Shown: positions 11,866-20,579, numbered from the stretch's first letter. The stretch: 64,000 bases of DNA from Arcobacteraceae bacterium (GCA_965224485.1 CBDCZH010000015.1:320001-384000), one strand, 5' to 3'. Notes: a model not told the origin generated them from the letters alone. Program-made: numbers and translations.

Positions 11866-12066
11866 TTATTAGTTTATATATTAAAATAGTTTTAACTAAC
11901 TGGTACTTGCTCTTGAAAACTTACAGTTCCCGCTTTCTTACTTTTCTTTTGGGATTTAGTTACTTTGTTTTTGCATGTATTAAGAAAAAGTAAGCATGCA
12001 CGAAGTACGAGCAAATTCATCGATAAAAACGACTACGATTCATTGGACTAAAGGCTTCCTAAATAT
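11866..12066 (+). repeat. Structured repeat, copy A (5' part only, with insertions)
   Basis: Near-identical to 19786-19855 (ttattagttt...ttgctcttg...cagttcccgct) and to 19894-19928 (ctacg-ttcat-gg-ctaaaggct). Confidence 0.85.
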
Positions 12067-12143
12067 ATAACAAATTGAAATAAAACTTGATCTTTTTATA
12101 AAATTTGACTATAATTACAAAAAAAGAAATAAGGGGTATAAGT

Positions 12144-13364
12144 TTGAAGTTTATTGATTTATTTGCAGGTATTGGTGGATTTCGGAGAGGAATGGAAGCA
12201 CACGGACATGAGTGTGTTTTAAGTTGCGAAATTGATGCTAGTGCAAGAAAAAGTTATACTGCAATTCATGGAATCAACCATGACTTTCCAAATGATGTAA
12301 CAAAACTTAAAGATAGTAAATTACCATATTTTGATATTCTATGTGCAGGTTTCCCTTGTCAACCTTTTAGTCGTGCAGGACGAAGAGAAGGCTTTAATAA
12401 TGATAGAAGTGGAAACCTTTTCTTTTCTGTAATGGATATTGTAAAAAAAGAAAACCCTCAAAAAATATTCTTAGAAAATGTTAAAGGTTTATTAACATCA
12501 GGAATCATAACTGAACCTAATGGAGAAACTAAAAAAGGCATTACACCTAAATATATTGAAGTTGAAAAAGGTAGAACTTTTACAATAATTCTTGAAGAAT
12601 TAGACTTAGCAGGATACGACGTACAATGGCAACTTATAAATAGTGCCCATTTTATAGCTCACAAAAGAGAACGTGTATATATTATTGCAACAAAAAGAAA
12701 AGAAAAAGGAAAATTAAAACAAATATTTCCAATCCATATAGAGAACTCAGAACTAAAATACACTAATAAACTTTTTGAGAACATGTTATGTGAAGCTAAA
12801 TATAATTTTATTAAAAAAGAGAGTTCTACTTTCAAGTTATCTAAAAATGGAAAAATTATTGACTCGAAAACAAATGAGATATATCAATTTAATAGTGCTA
12901 CTCCATGGAAAAACTTTGGAATAATGATTAATGGAAATATATTAACAGCAAAAGTTAAACATGATCCAGAAATAGTTCATAAACTTTCAGAACTTCTTGA
13001 TGATGAAAAAGACATTGATAAAAAACTCATACTTACAAAAGAGGAAGAAGAAAAGCAGAGATATGCAAAATCTCCTAAAACATGGAAAAGTGGAAATAAA
13101 ATGGGAAGAATGGCTTTTCCTGATAGTATCGAAAAACCATCAAGAACACTAACTGCAAATTCTTCAGGAAGAGAAATGATGGTGGTTCCGTATAAAGATA
13201 AATTTAGAAAGTTAACAGCAAAAGAATATTATAGACTTCAAGGTTTTAAAGATAAAGACTATAATAAAGCTATTAAGGCCGGAGTATCAGAATCACAAAT
13301 TAAAAAGCAAGCTGGTAATGCTGTTACCACTAAAACTATAGAAGCTATTGCTTCTAAGTTCTAA
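12144..13364 (+). CDS. DNA (cytosine-5)-methyltransferase, M.Sau3AI-like
   Basis: DLFAGIGG, GFPCQPFS, ENV, RERVY and QAGNAV motifs; TTG start after AAGGGG. Confidence 0.95.
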   Translation: MKFIDLFAGIGGFRRGMEAHGHECVLSCEIDASARKSYTAIHGINHDFPNDVTKLKDSKLPYFDILCAGFPCQPFSRAGRREGFNNDRSGNLFFSVMDIVKKENPQKIFLENVKGLLTSGIITEPNGETKKGITPKYIEVEKGRTFTIILEELDLAGYDVQWQLINSAHFIAHKRERVYIIATKRKEKGKLKQIFPIHIENSELKYTNKLFENMLCEAKYNFIKKESSTFKLSKNGKIIDSKTNEIYQFNSATPWKNFGIMINGNILTAKVKHDPEIVHKLSELLDDEKDIDKKLILTKEEEEKQRYAKSPKTWKSGNKMGRMAFPDSIEKPSRTLTANSSGREMMVVPYKDKFRKLTAKEYYRLQGFKDKDYNKAIKAGVSESQIKKQAGNAVTTKTIEAIASKF

Positions 13365-14112
13365 GTGGCCATAGCCTTCTAATTTCACACATTTTTAAAA
13401 AACTATCTTTCAATACTAAATTAATTGGTTTTTCTATTAAATAAGTAGATAAATATATCATGCCTTTTGACTTTTCTATCTCATTGATTTCTATTTTTAT
13501 CTGTGATATTTTATTTTTACTTCTAACAGCTTCAACACTTTTTACTCCTCTGATATTTTTCAATGCTTTTATATTTGTACTTTTTCTAATTGAATCTACA
13601 TAAAACAGTAGTTTTTCTTTAGTTAATTCAATTTTATTTAATTCTTCTTTTAATTTAATTCTTTTTAAAGAATCAATATAACAACTAGAGAATGGTATCA
13701 TTTCATTATTTTTAATTCTACTTATAATCTCACTTCTGATTTTTTTAATTTCATGTTCTGACTTTATGGAATCAATATTTACCTGTATATTTCTTCCTAA
13801 AAAATAATAATCCGTTTCCATTTTATCATCAATCAGCCATCCAATTGTTTTAACTCCACTTCTATTTATAAAAGAAAGCTCAAACGCAAATGTATTTAAA
13901 GATTTTTGAATATATGACAGTTGTGCTTTTTCATCAATATTTTTATTTTTGTTTCCAATTAAATCTACGCCCTTTAATTGTTTCTCTTTCCCCCCTTTAG
14001 ATAAATAATCAATTCTTTTGTATTTAAATTTCATTATTTTAGGATAAATACAACAGTCCAAATAATTTGAAAACTGTTTTTCCAATTCCAAGTCTATTTC
14101 TTTTTGTGTCAT
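13354..14112 (-). CDS. Hypothetical protein, probable PD-(D/E)xK nuclease
   Basis: GVDL...IDEKAQ...TFAFEL pattern; ATGA overlap with the upstream endonuclease gene. Confidence 0.55.
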   Translation of the reverse strand: MTQKEIDLELEKQFSNYLDCCIYPKIMKFKYKRIDYLSKGGKEKQLKGVDLIGNKNKNIDEKAQLSYIQKSLNTFAFELSFINRSGVKTIGWLIDDKMETDYYFLGRNIQVNIDSIKSEHEIKKIRSEIISRIKNNEMIPFSSCYIDSLKRIKLKEELNKIELTKEKLLFYVDSIRKSTNIKALKNIRGVKSVEAVRSKNKISQIKIEINEIEKSKGMIYLSTYLIEKPINLVLKDSFLKMCEIRRLWPLRT

Positions 14113-15437
14113 TTATTTACTTTAAATATTGATTTAATATATTTAGAATTAAGCCAGAAGCATTTCTTTACTTCATTTGTACCTTCTGGTGTTTCATAAG
14201 TATCCATTTTGTTTTTTGCATGTGGCCTAACATGTGCTATTCTATGTTCAGACTTCCTAGGCAAACAATTAGACTGTTTGTTATTTATTCTATATATGGT
14301 TTCTTCCCACATTTTTTTAACTTCCAATACATCACCATATGACATATTCCAAAACTTAACACCTTTAAGTTTTAAGTTATCATTTTCATCATACTGATAG
14401 AAAACAAAAAAGAATTTTTTCTCTAGAATTAATTTAAAATCAGATTCTTCCCAGGTTTCTTTTATTATCTCTTTGTATTTAAATGTAGGGAAAGATATGT
14501 CTTCTTTTGGAACTCCATTTACCTTTAGCCTTACAGTTTTCACAATAATATCTGATTTTGTAAACTCTTCAATCTTTTCATCTGTTTTTAAGCCCAAGAT
14601 TAGCTTTGTAAGATTCGCATAAAAACTCTTTGCTTTTTTATTTAACTGATTTTCAAAACAATTTAATATATCATCAATATTCATTCCATAAAATATTGAA
14701 AACTTATTATAAACAATTTCCTCAAGTGATAAAACAGAGTTCTGCTTTATAATTTTTCCAAATTTCTCTTTTTCATTATTAGCAAAAGAAGCTATTATAT
14801 GATTCACGTAACCTTGTTTGAAAGAAAATGCTCTTTGTTTTGCCTGTATATCAGAATAAGGTTGATTCCTTAAATTTCCGCCTTTTGATCCTTTTGTGGC
14901 TGCTCCAAGGTAAAAAGTATCTCCTTCTGATAGTTCATGTGCATTCCCAGCAATAACTTTTTCTTGAATTATCTTCCAGTCATTTTTTATAATTTGTAAA
15001 TCTTGGTCATCAAGTTTCCATATATCAACGAGTTTAATTACGTAATCTAAAAAAAACTTATCATGTTCATGTAAATAGAAAATTAATAAAAGATTTTTGT
15101 TTTTTTTAAGGAATGTACTATCTTCAAATTTTTCATCAACTAAAGTTAAATAATTTATTATATTTAAAACTAATCTTTCTTTTGAATTAATAGTTCCATT
15201 CTTTAAAATTTTTAATGAACTAGTTTTTAGCTCTAAATTTGCTTCGGGAAAGTCTGCATTAGAATTAGAGTTTGGATTATATCCATAGTAAAATTTTTCT
15301 AAAACCTGTCCAAAGTTACCCTTACCTTTAAATAAATTGGTAGAATCATCAAATGAACACACTTGAGTTAAGGTTTGGTTTTTAAGTTTTTTAGAATAAT
15401 TTAAAATAGATTCTTGAGATTCAGGTTTATAAAGCAT
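14109..15437 (-). CDS. Sau3AI/MutH-family type II restriction endonuclease
   Basis: KGNFGQVLEKFY, ADF...LELK, HELSEGDTFYLGAATKG, QRAFSFKQGY and C-terminal HVRPHA...CFWLN. Confidence 0.9.
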   Translation of the reverse strand: MLYKPESQESILNYSKKLKNQTLTQVCSFDDSTNLFKGKGNFGQVLEKFYYGYNPNSNSNADFPEANLELKTSSLKILKNGTINSKERLVLNIINYLTLVDEKFEDSTFLKKNKNLLLIFYLHEHDKFFLDYVIKLVDIWKLDDQDLQIIKNDWKIIQEKVIAGNAHELSEGDTFYLGAATKGSKGGNLRNQPYSDIQAKQRAFSFKQGYVNHIIASFANNEKEKFGKIIKQNSVLSLEEIVYNKFSIFYGMNIDDILNCFENQLNKKAKSFYANLTKLILGLKTDEKIEEFTKSDIIVKTVRLKVNGVPKEDISFPTFKYKEIIKETWEESDFKLILEKKFFFVFYQYDENDNLKLKGVKFWNMSYGDVLEVKKMWEETIYRINNKQSNCLPRKSEHRIAHVRPHAKNKMDTYETPEGTNEVKKCFWLNSKYIKSIFKVNK

Positions 15438-15529
15438 TTATTCCTAGCAAAAGTTATTTTATTAATTATTATCTAAAATAACTTTTGTCTTCCTTTAATT
15501 ATAAAAAACAAATGGATTATCTTGTAATT

Positions 15530-16154
15530 TTAACCTAATTGGTAGTTGCTCTTGTAAACTTTCAGTTCCCGCTTTCTTACTTTTGTATTGACTAAAAGTA
15601 AGCAAAAACAACTACTGTTTCGGAGGCTGAAGCTCCCTAAAGTTGTTTTATTGATTTACTTAAAAATAAGAACTCATTAAAATATGCTCCCAGCATATTT
15701 TTTTACATTCAAACAATTATTTTTGGGTTACGTAAAGAAATAAAAAAACTTTAGCTCCTGCAAATGTAGCATTTCAATTGAAAGATCTTTTGTCTACTTC
15801 GTAGATATAGTTTTGATACATATTTATAAATTCATTTTTATATTGGGCATTTTGATTACTTGCTCTTGTCCTGCCTTTGAGGAAGCTAGAGTTTGAGTGT
15901 TTATTTTCGGTAACAAGCGAAGCATGTTTGACCGTTAAGAAAGGTGCCGTAAGGGCACGTTTTAGGGAGTTCTGGAGCGCAGAAAATGAATTCTTGAACT
16001 CTAGGCACCCGGAGGGATTCATCAACCGGCAGTCGACTTTTTTGTTTCTTTTTGATCGATAAAAAAAGATGCCTGAGCATAGCGATACAATCCTGTAAGG
16101 GAAAAAAGCGCGAAGATTCATCTTTGTAAGAGTTCTAAAAGTCAAAACTATATT
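15530..16154 (+). ncRNA. Structured ~600-nt repeat, copy B (full length); candidate large ncRNA
   Basis: Colinear with 19812-20390; multiple stems with compensatory changes between copies. Confidence 0.7.
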
Positions 16155-16160
16155 AGGTTT

Positions 16161-16317
16161 TATAATTATTAGTTTATATATTAAAATAGTTCAAAATAAC
16201 GGGCTTTTACTCTTGTAAACTTTAGCTCCTGCAAATGTAGCATTTCAATTGAAAGATCTTTTCTCTACTTCGTAGATATAGTTTGAAGACATATTTATAA
16301 ATTCATTTTTATATTGG
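16161..16317 (+). repeat. Structured repeat, copy C (internally deleted, tandem to copy B)
   Basis: 5' leader joined directly to the 15746-15846 segment at a shared aaacttt. Confidence 0.85.
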
Positions 16318-16321
16318 TATC

Positions 16322-16440
16322 TTAATTTTTGGATACTTATACAACTTACTCTTTTCATACATTTGTAAAACTAGAATTTTAGTTTTTTTAGGTGATAAGA
16401 GATTCAAATGTATATTATATTTGACATTTATTAATTTTTT
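16322..16440 (+). repeat. Duplicate of the hipBA upstream/promoter region
   Basis: Matches 17373-17455 joined to 17589-17631. Confidence 0.85.
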
Positions 16441-16487
16441 AAACTCTATGCAAATATACTATCATATTCACATAATTTCATTATATA

Positions 16488-16664
16488 AGTTCTGGAGCGC
16501 AGAAAATGAATTCTTGAACTCTAGGCACCCGAAGGGCTTCAGCAATCGGCAGTCGCTTCTTTTCTTACGATTAAGAAAAGATGCCTGAACGAAAGGAACA
16601 ATCATGTAAGGGAAAAAGAGTGAAGGTTCACCTTTGTAAGAGTTCTAAAAGTCATAACTATATT
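16488..16664 (+). repeat. Structured repeat, copy D (3' part only)
   Basis: Matches 15968-16154 (agttctggagcgcagaaaatgaattcttgaactctagg...gtaagagttctaaaagtca). Confidence 0.88.
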
Positions 16665-16719
16665 TCGCTGCTTACTTGAAGTTACACCGTAACTTTTTTA
16701 TTTTTACTTTAGTAAATAA

Positions 16720-16971
16720 TTAATATACTTCTTTTCTGTGGGCTACTCTAATCACTGTAATTAATAATATATCATTTTCTTTTAAATATATAACTCTATA
16801 GTCTCCAGCTCTTTTTCTAAATTTACCTTGATGTTTACCTTTTAAAGATTTGTCATTTGTAAAAATACCATTTTGCAAATCTTTAATTTTATTAACAATT
16901 AATTGTTGATTTTCTTTATTGATTTTTGCTAATTCTTTTAAAGCAAATTTTGGAATAATAACTTTATACAT
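16720..16971 (-). CDS. RelE/ParE family toxin
   Basis: FRKRAGDYRVIY...VAHRKEVY. Confidence 0.92.
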   Translation of the reverse strand: MYKVIIPKFALKELAKINKENQQLIVNKIKDLQNGIFTNDKSLKGKHQGKFRKRAGDYRVIYLKENDILLITVIRVAHRKEVY

Positions 16972-17198
16972 TAGTCAAGTCCAAGTTGTTTAGCCACTTG
17001 TTCAAGTGAAAAAACTTCTACATTTCCTTTTTTAACTTCATCAATTCTTTGATCTGAAATCATGTCATCTAAGGTATCAAAATAACTACCAACAGCTTTT
17101 TCAATAATATATGTTCTTGTTCTATCTAGTTCCCTTGCATAGTTATCTAAATCTGATAATAATGATTCATCTAATCTTATATTGATTGCTTTTTTCAT
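16971..17198 (-). CDS. Ribbon-helix-helix (RelB-like) antitoxin
   Basis: MKKAINIRLDE RHH start; coupled to the toxin; promoter TTGACA(17256)-17-TAAAAT on the minus strand. Confidence 0.88.
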   Translation of the reverse strand: MKKAINIRLDESLLSDLDNYARELDRTRTYIIEKAVGSYFDTLDDMISDQRIDEVKKGNVEVFSLEQVAKQLGLD

Positions 17199-17476
17199 AC
17201 TAGTACCTTGTATTTTATTGTAGATACATTTTACTACATTGTAACTTTTTTGTCAAGGATTGCTGAATAATTACTCATAAGTTTGCCTTGTGCTAAAAGC
17301 ACAAGTTTCCTTATTCCTCTACTAAGCAGATATAGTTTTATATATATTTAGTAATACTCTTTAATTGTTATTTTAATTTTTGGATACTTAAACAACTTAC
17401 TCTTTTCATACATTGGTAAAACTAGAATTTTAATTTTTTTAGGTGATAAGAGATTAAAAGAAACTAATGATTTTAA

Positions 17477-17580
17477 GATTTAATTTTACTTGACTAAATA
17501 TGCGCTATTGATAAAGCAAGACTTATCAGGAAAATAAACACTCATGATAAAAAAACTTTAGTAGAGATATTTACTTATTT
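17477..17580 (+). pseudogene. Degenerate 3' fragment of mazF
   Basis: tttaattttacttga...ctattgataaagca...tagtagagatatttacttatt aligns with 19621-19742. Confidence 0.7.
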
Positions 17581-17600
17581 CTTTATACAAGAGATTCAAA

Positions 17601-17658
17601 TGTATATTATATTTGACATTTATTGATTTTTACTATAAAATGTTGTATATAATATACA
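17601..17658 (+). promoter_or_regulatory. hipBA promoter flanked by operator inverted repeat
   Basis: TTGACA(17613)-17-TAAAAT(17636) between tgtatattatat (17601-17612) and its exact reverse complement (17647-17658). Confidence 0.7.
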
Positions 17659-17669
17659 AAGAAGAGCTA

Positions 17670-17915
17670 ATGGATTTTAAAGAATTTGGAAAAGAAATAT
17701 CAAAATTGAGAAAAGAACAGAAAATTACTCAAGAAGAACTAGCAACTGATCTTAATATCTCACGTGCAACTATTGGGAATCTTGAAAATGCTAAAACTAT
17801 AGATATTGGTTTTAAAAAAGTTTTACAAATTGTAGATTATTTAGGTTTTGAGCTAAATATTAAAACGAAGTCACCTTTTCCTACTTTAGAGGAGTTACAA
17901 GATGAAAGAGACTAA
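17670..17915 (+). CDS. HipB-like XRE helix-turn-helix antitoxin
   Basis: LRKEQKITQEELA...ISRATIGNLEN HTH; overlaps hipA. Confidence 0.88.
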   Translation: MDFKEFGKEISKLRKEQKITQEELATDLNISRATIGNLENAKTIDIGFKKVLQIVDYLGFELNIKTKSPFPTLEELQDERD

Positions 17916-19068
17916 TGAACTTGAAGTTTTTGTAAATAAAGATTCTGTTGGTTCCTTAGTTTATGAAAATGATGAATATATTTATAAATGTAATAATCAA
18001 AATAAAAACGATTATATTTCTTTAACTATGCCAGTAAGAAGTAAAGATTATATTAATAAAAGTTTACATCCTCTTTTCGAAATGCACTTACCTGAAGGTT
18101 ATCTTTTATCTATTATTAAAAAACATTTTTCTAAAATAGATAAAACTGATGATTTTGGTTTATTAAAAATTATGTCTTCTTCTATAAAAGGAAGAGTTTC
18201 TTACAAAAAGAAGAATCAACAAAAAGAACATTTAAGTTTAGATAACTTAATTCATCCAAGTAATAAAGACTTATTTAATACTCTTGTTGATAAATTTGCC
18301 TTAACATCTGCTCTTTCAGGAGTTCAACCTAAAGTTATTGCAAGGGTAAAAGACAAAGCAACACTTCCTGTAAATGAATATATTGTTAAATCATGGGGAG
18401 AGGATTATCCTAATTTAGCGCTAAATGAATTTTATTGCATGCAAGTAGCTAAAAAAGCCAACTTAGATGTTCCTGAGTTCTATATATCTGATGATAATAA
18501 ACTATTTATTATGAAACGATTTGATTTGTCAGAAAATAATAAGACTTTGGGTTTTGAAGATATGTGTGTTTTGCAAGCCAAACAAAGAGATGATAAATAT
18601 GAAGGCTCATATGAAGGAATTGCTAGAACTATTAAAACCTTTGTTTCAAGAAGAAATAAAAAACAAGCTTTAGAGAATTTTTTTAAAATGATTGTAATTA
18701 ATAATTTTGTGCAAAATGGAGATGCTCATTTAAAAAACTTTGGTTTATTATATGAAGATATTAATAACATAAAACTTGCTCCCACATATGATATCGTATC
18801 AACTACAATGTATATAACAAAAGATATTCCTGCTTTGCATTTACTAGGAAGTAAAAAATGGTGGAGTAAAAAGTTTCTTATTCGCTTTGCAATTGAGAGT
18901 TGTGATCTATCTTTAAAAGAATCTAATGAGTTGTATGATAAATGTATAAATTCATTAAAAAAAGTGATTTTAGAAATAAAAGAAAAAATTAAAGATGAAA
19001 AAGACACCAATACAATTGAATTCTTAGAAAAATTAAATAATATTTTTAAACTCAATTTATTAAATTAA
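17902..19068 (+). CDS. hipA: HipA family kinase toxin
   Basis: SGVQPK, NGDAHLKNFG and LAPTYD motifs. Confidence 0.93.
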   Translation: MKETNELEVFVNKDSVGSLVYENDEYIYKCNNQNKNDYISLTMPVRSKDYINKSLHPLFEMHLPEGYLLSIIKKHFSKIDKTDDFGLLKIMSSSIKGRVSYKKKNQQKEHLSLDNLIHPSNKDLFNTLVDKFALTSALSGVQPKVIARVKDKATLPVNEYIVKSWGEDYPNLALNEFYCMQVAKKANLDVPEFYISDDNKLFIMKRFDLSENNKTLGFEDMCVLQAKQRDDKYEGSYEGIARTIKTFVSRRNKKQALENFFKMIVINNFVQNGDAHLKNFGLLYEDINNIKLAPTYDIVSTTMYITKDIPALHLLGSKKWWSKKFLIRFAIESCDLSLKESNELYDKCINSLKKVILEIKEKIKDEKDTNTIEFLEKLNNIFKLNLLN

Positions 19069-19124
19069 ATACTATGAGTTTATTATCACTAAAAAAATAT
19101 ACAAACTAAGCCTTTAATCGTATA

Positions 19125-19153
19125 TTGACATAAAAATGTTATTACAATATAAT
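19125..19153 (+). promoter_or_regulatory. mazEF sigma70 promoter
   Basis: TTGACA-17-TATAAT with overlapping aatgttat/attacatt dyad. Confidence 0.75.
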
Positions 19154-19172
19154 TACATTAAAAGGAATCATT

Positions 19173-19430
19173 ATGACTATGCTTACTAAAATTGGTAACT
19201 CACAGGGTATTCGTATTCCAAAAGCTATTATAAAACAATCACATTTGGAAAACTGTGAAATTGAATTTGAAGTTACTAAAAACGGTTTGCTTTTAAAACC
19301 TATTATTAAAAATTCTAGAGATTCTTGGAGTGATGATATTGATGGCTTTAATAAAACTTCTTTGGAAGATGAGGCTGTTTTAGATGAGATTCTTAGCTTA
19401 GAGAATGAAGATGAAGAGTGGACTTGCTAA
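19173..19430 (+). CDS. mazE: AbrB/MazE family antitoxin
   Basis: KIGNSQGIRIPK motif. Confidence 0.9.
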   Translation: MTMLTKIGNSQGIRIPKAIIKQSHLENCEIEFEVTKNGLLLKPIIKNSRDSWSDDIDGFNKTSLEDEAVLDEILSLENEDEEWTC

Positions 19431-19744
19431 TGAAACGTTTTGATATTTATTTGATAAATCTTGATCCTACTATTGGAAGAGAAATACAAAAAACTAGACC
19501 TTGTGTTATTATTTCTCCTGATGAAATGAGCTCATTAAAAACTCTTATTATTGCGCCTTTAACATCAAAAGGTTTTGATTATCTTTTTAGAATTAAAACA
19601 AAGGTTCAAAATAAAAATGGTTTAATTTTACTTGATCAAATACGAACTATTGATAAAGCACGACTCATAAAAAAAATCACTACTCTTGATGAAAAAACTT
19701 CTAAAGAAGTTTCACGAACTCTAGTAGAAATGTTTACTTATTAA
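19430..19744 (+). CDS. mazF: PemK/MazF family endoribonuclease toxin
   Basis: LDPTIGREIQKTRPCVIIS, DQIRTIDKARL; ATG overlaps the mazE stop. Confidence 0.93.
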   Translation: MKRFDIYLINLDPTIGREIQKTRPCVIISPDEMSSLKTLIIAPLTSKGFDYLFRIKTKVQNKNGLILLDQIRTIDKARLIKKITTLDEKTSKEVSRTLVEMFTY

Positions 19745-19757
19745 AAAAATTTAATTA

Positions 19758-19786
19758 TTGACAAAACTAGATTAGAGTTTTATAAT
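19758..19786 (+). promoter_or_regulatory. Consensus sigma70 promoter pointing into the structured repeat
   Basis: TTGACA(19758-19763)-17 bp-TATAAT(19781-19786); no protein gene downstream on this strand for >2.5 kb. Confidence 0.75.
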
Positions 19787-20423
19787 TATTAGTTTGTACA
19801 TTAAAATAGTTTTAACTAACTGGTATTTGCTCTTGTAAACTTCCAGTTCCCGCTCTTTTCTTCTTTTGCCAAAAAGAAGAAACAAGAAAGTGTCTACGGC
19901 TTCATCGGCCTAAAGGCTCCCCAAATATTTTTTATTGATTTACTTAAAAATATAACTCACTAAAATATGCCTGAGGGCATATTTATTAACGCTTAAACAG
20001 AAATTTTTGGGTTACGTAAATCAATAAAAAATATTTAGCTCTTGCAGATGTAGATTTAAAGGAATACTCTTTTGTCTGCTAAAGCAGATATAGTTTTAAG
20101 ACATATTTAATAACGTATTTTTATATTGGGCATTTTGATTACTTGCTCTTGTCCTCCCTTTGAGGAAGCTAGAGTTTGAGAGTTTATTTTTGGTAACAAG
20201 CGAAGCCTGTCTGACCGTTAAGAAAGATGCCATAAAGGCATGTTTTAGGAAGTTCTACAGCACAGAAAATGAATTCTTGAACTCTAGGAACCCGAAGGGC
20301 TTCATCAACCGGCAGTCGACTTTTTTGTTTCTTTTTGATCGACAAAAAAAGATGCCTGAGCATAGCGATATAATCCTGTAAGGGAAAAAGCGAAGTACCT
20401 TTAGGTCTTCAAGAGCAAAAGCC
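19781..20423 (+). ncRNA. Structured ~630-nt repeat, copy E (full length); candidate large ncRNA
   Basis: Perfect 21-bp stem 19923-19943/20016-20036; 13/15 terminal inverted repeat 19826-19840/20405-20419; covariation versus copy B. Confidence 0.72.
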
Positions 20424-20497
20424 TGTTTATTAAAACAAAAGAAATATATAAACTCATATCAAAGAACTACACTAACATTAGTAGAGATGTTTACTTA

Positions 20498-20572
20498 TTG
20501 ACTAAAATCTATATTTTTAATATACTATCTTTACATTTTCCTTCGGGACTACTCTCCTAATTTTTAGGAGAG
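20498..20572 (+). ncRNA. Candidate small RNA 2 (sibling of 10380-10452)
   Basis: TTGACT(20498)-17-TATACT(20521); tcc-ttcg-gga; ctctcctaa-ttt-ttaggagag. Confidence 0.45.
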
Positions 20573-20579
20573 GAAATAT

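Noticed and set aside
11971..11982. 12-nt match (taatacatgcaa on the minus strand) to a conserved 16S rRNA segment
   Set aside because: Too short, and the flanks do not resemble rRNA.
15774..16145. ORFs 15774-16145 (-), 15877-16062 (+) and homologous 20160-20381 (+) inside the large repeat
   Set aside because: No SD, TTG starts, stop position differs between copies, and substitutions track base-pairing rather than codons. They are likely by-products of locally higher GC.
15530..16154. Group II intron or IS element identity for the repeat
   Set aside because: No recognisable domain V/VI, GUGYG 5' end, RT or transposase ORF. A non-autonomous derivative cannot be excluded.
11866..20423. Reading the repeats as a CRISPR array or classical integron attC sites
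   Set aside because: Units are hundreds of nt long with no regular repeat-spacer period. I saw no cas or intI gene and no consistent RYYYAAC/GTTRRRY ends.
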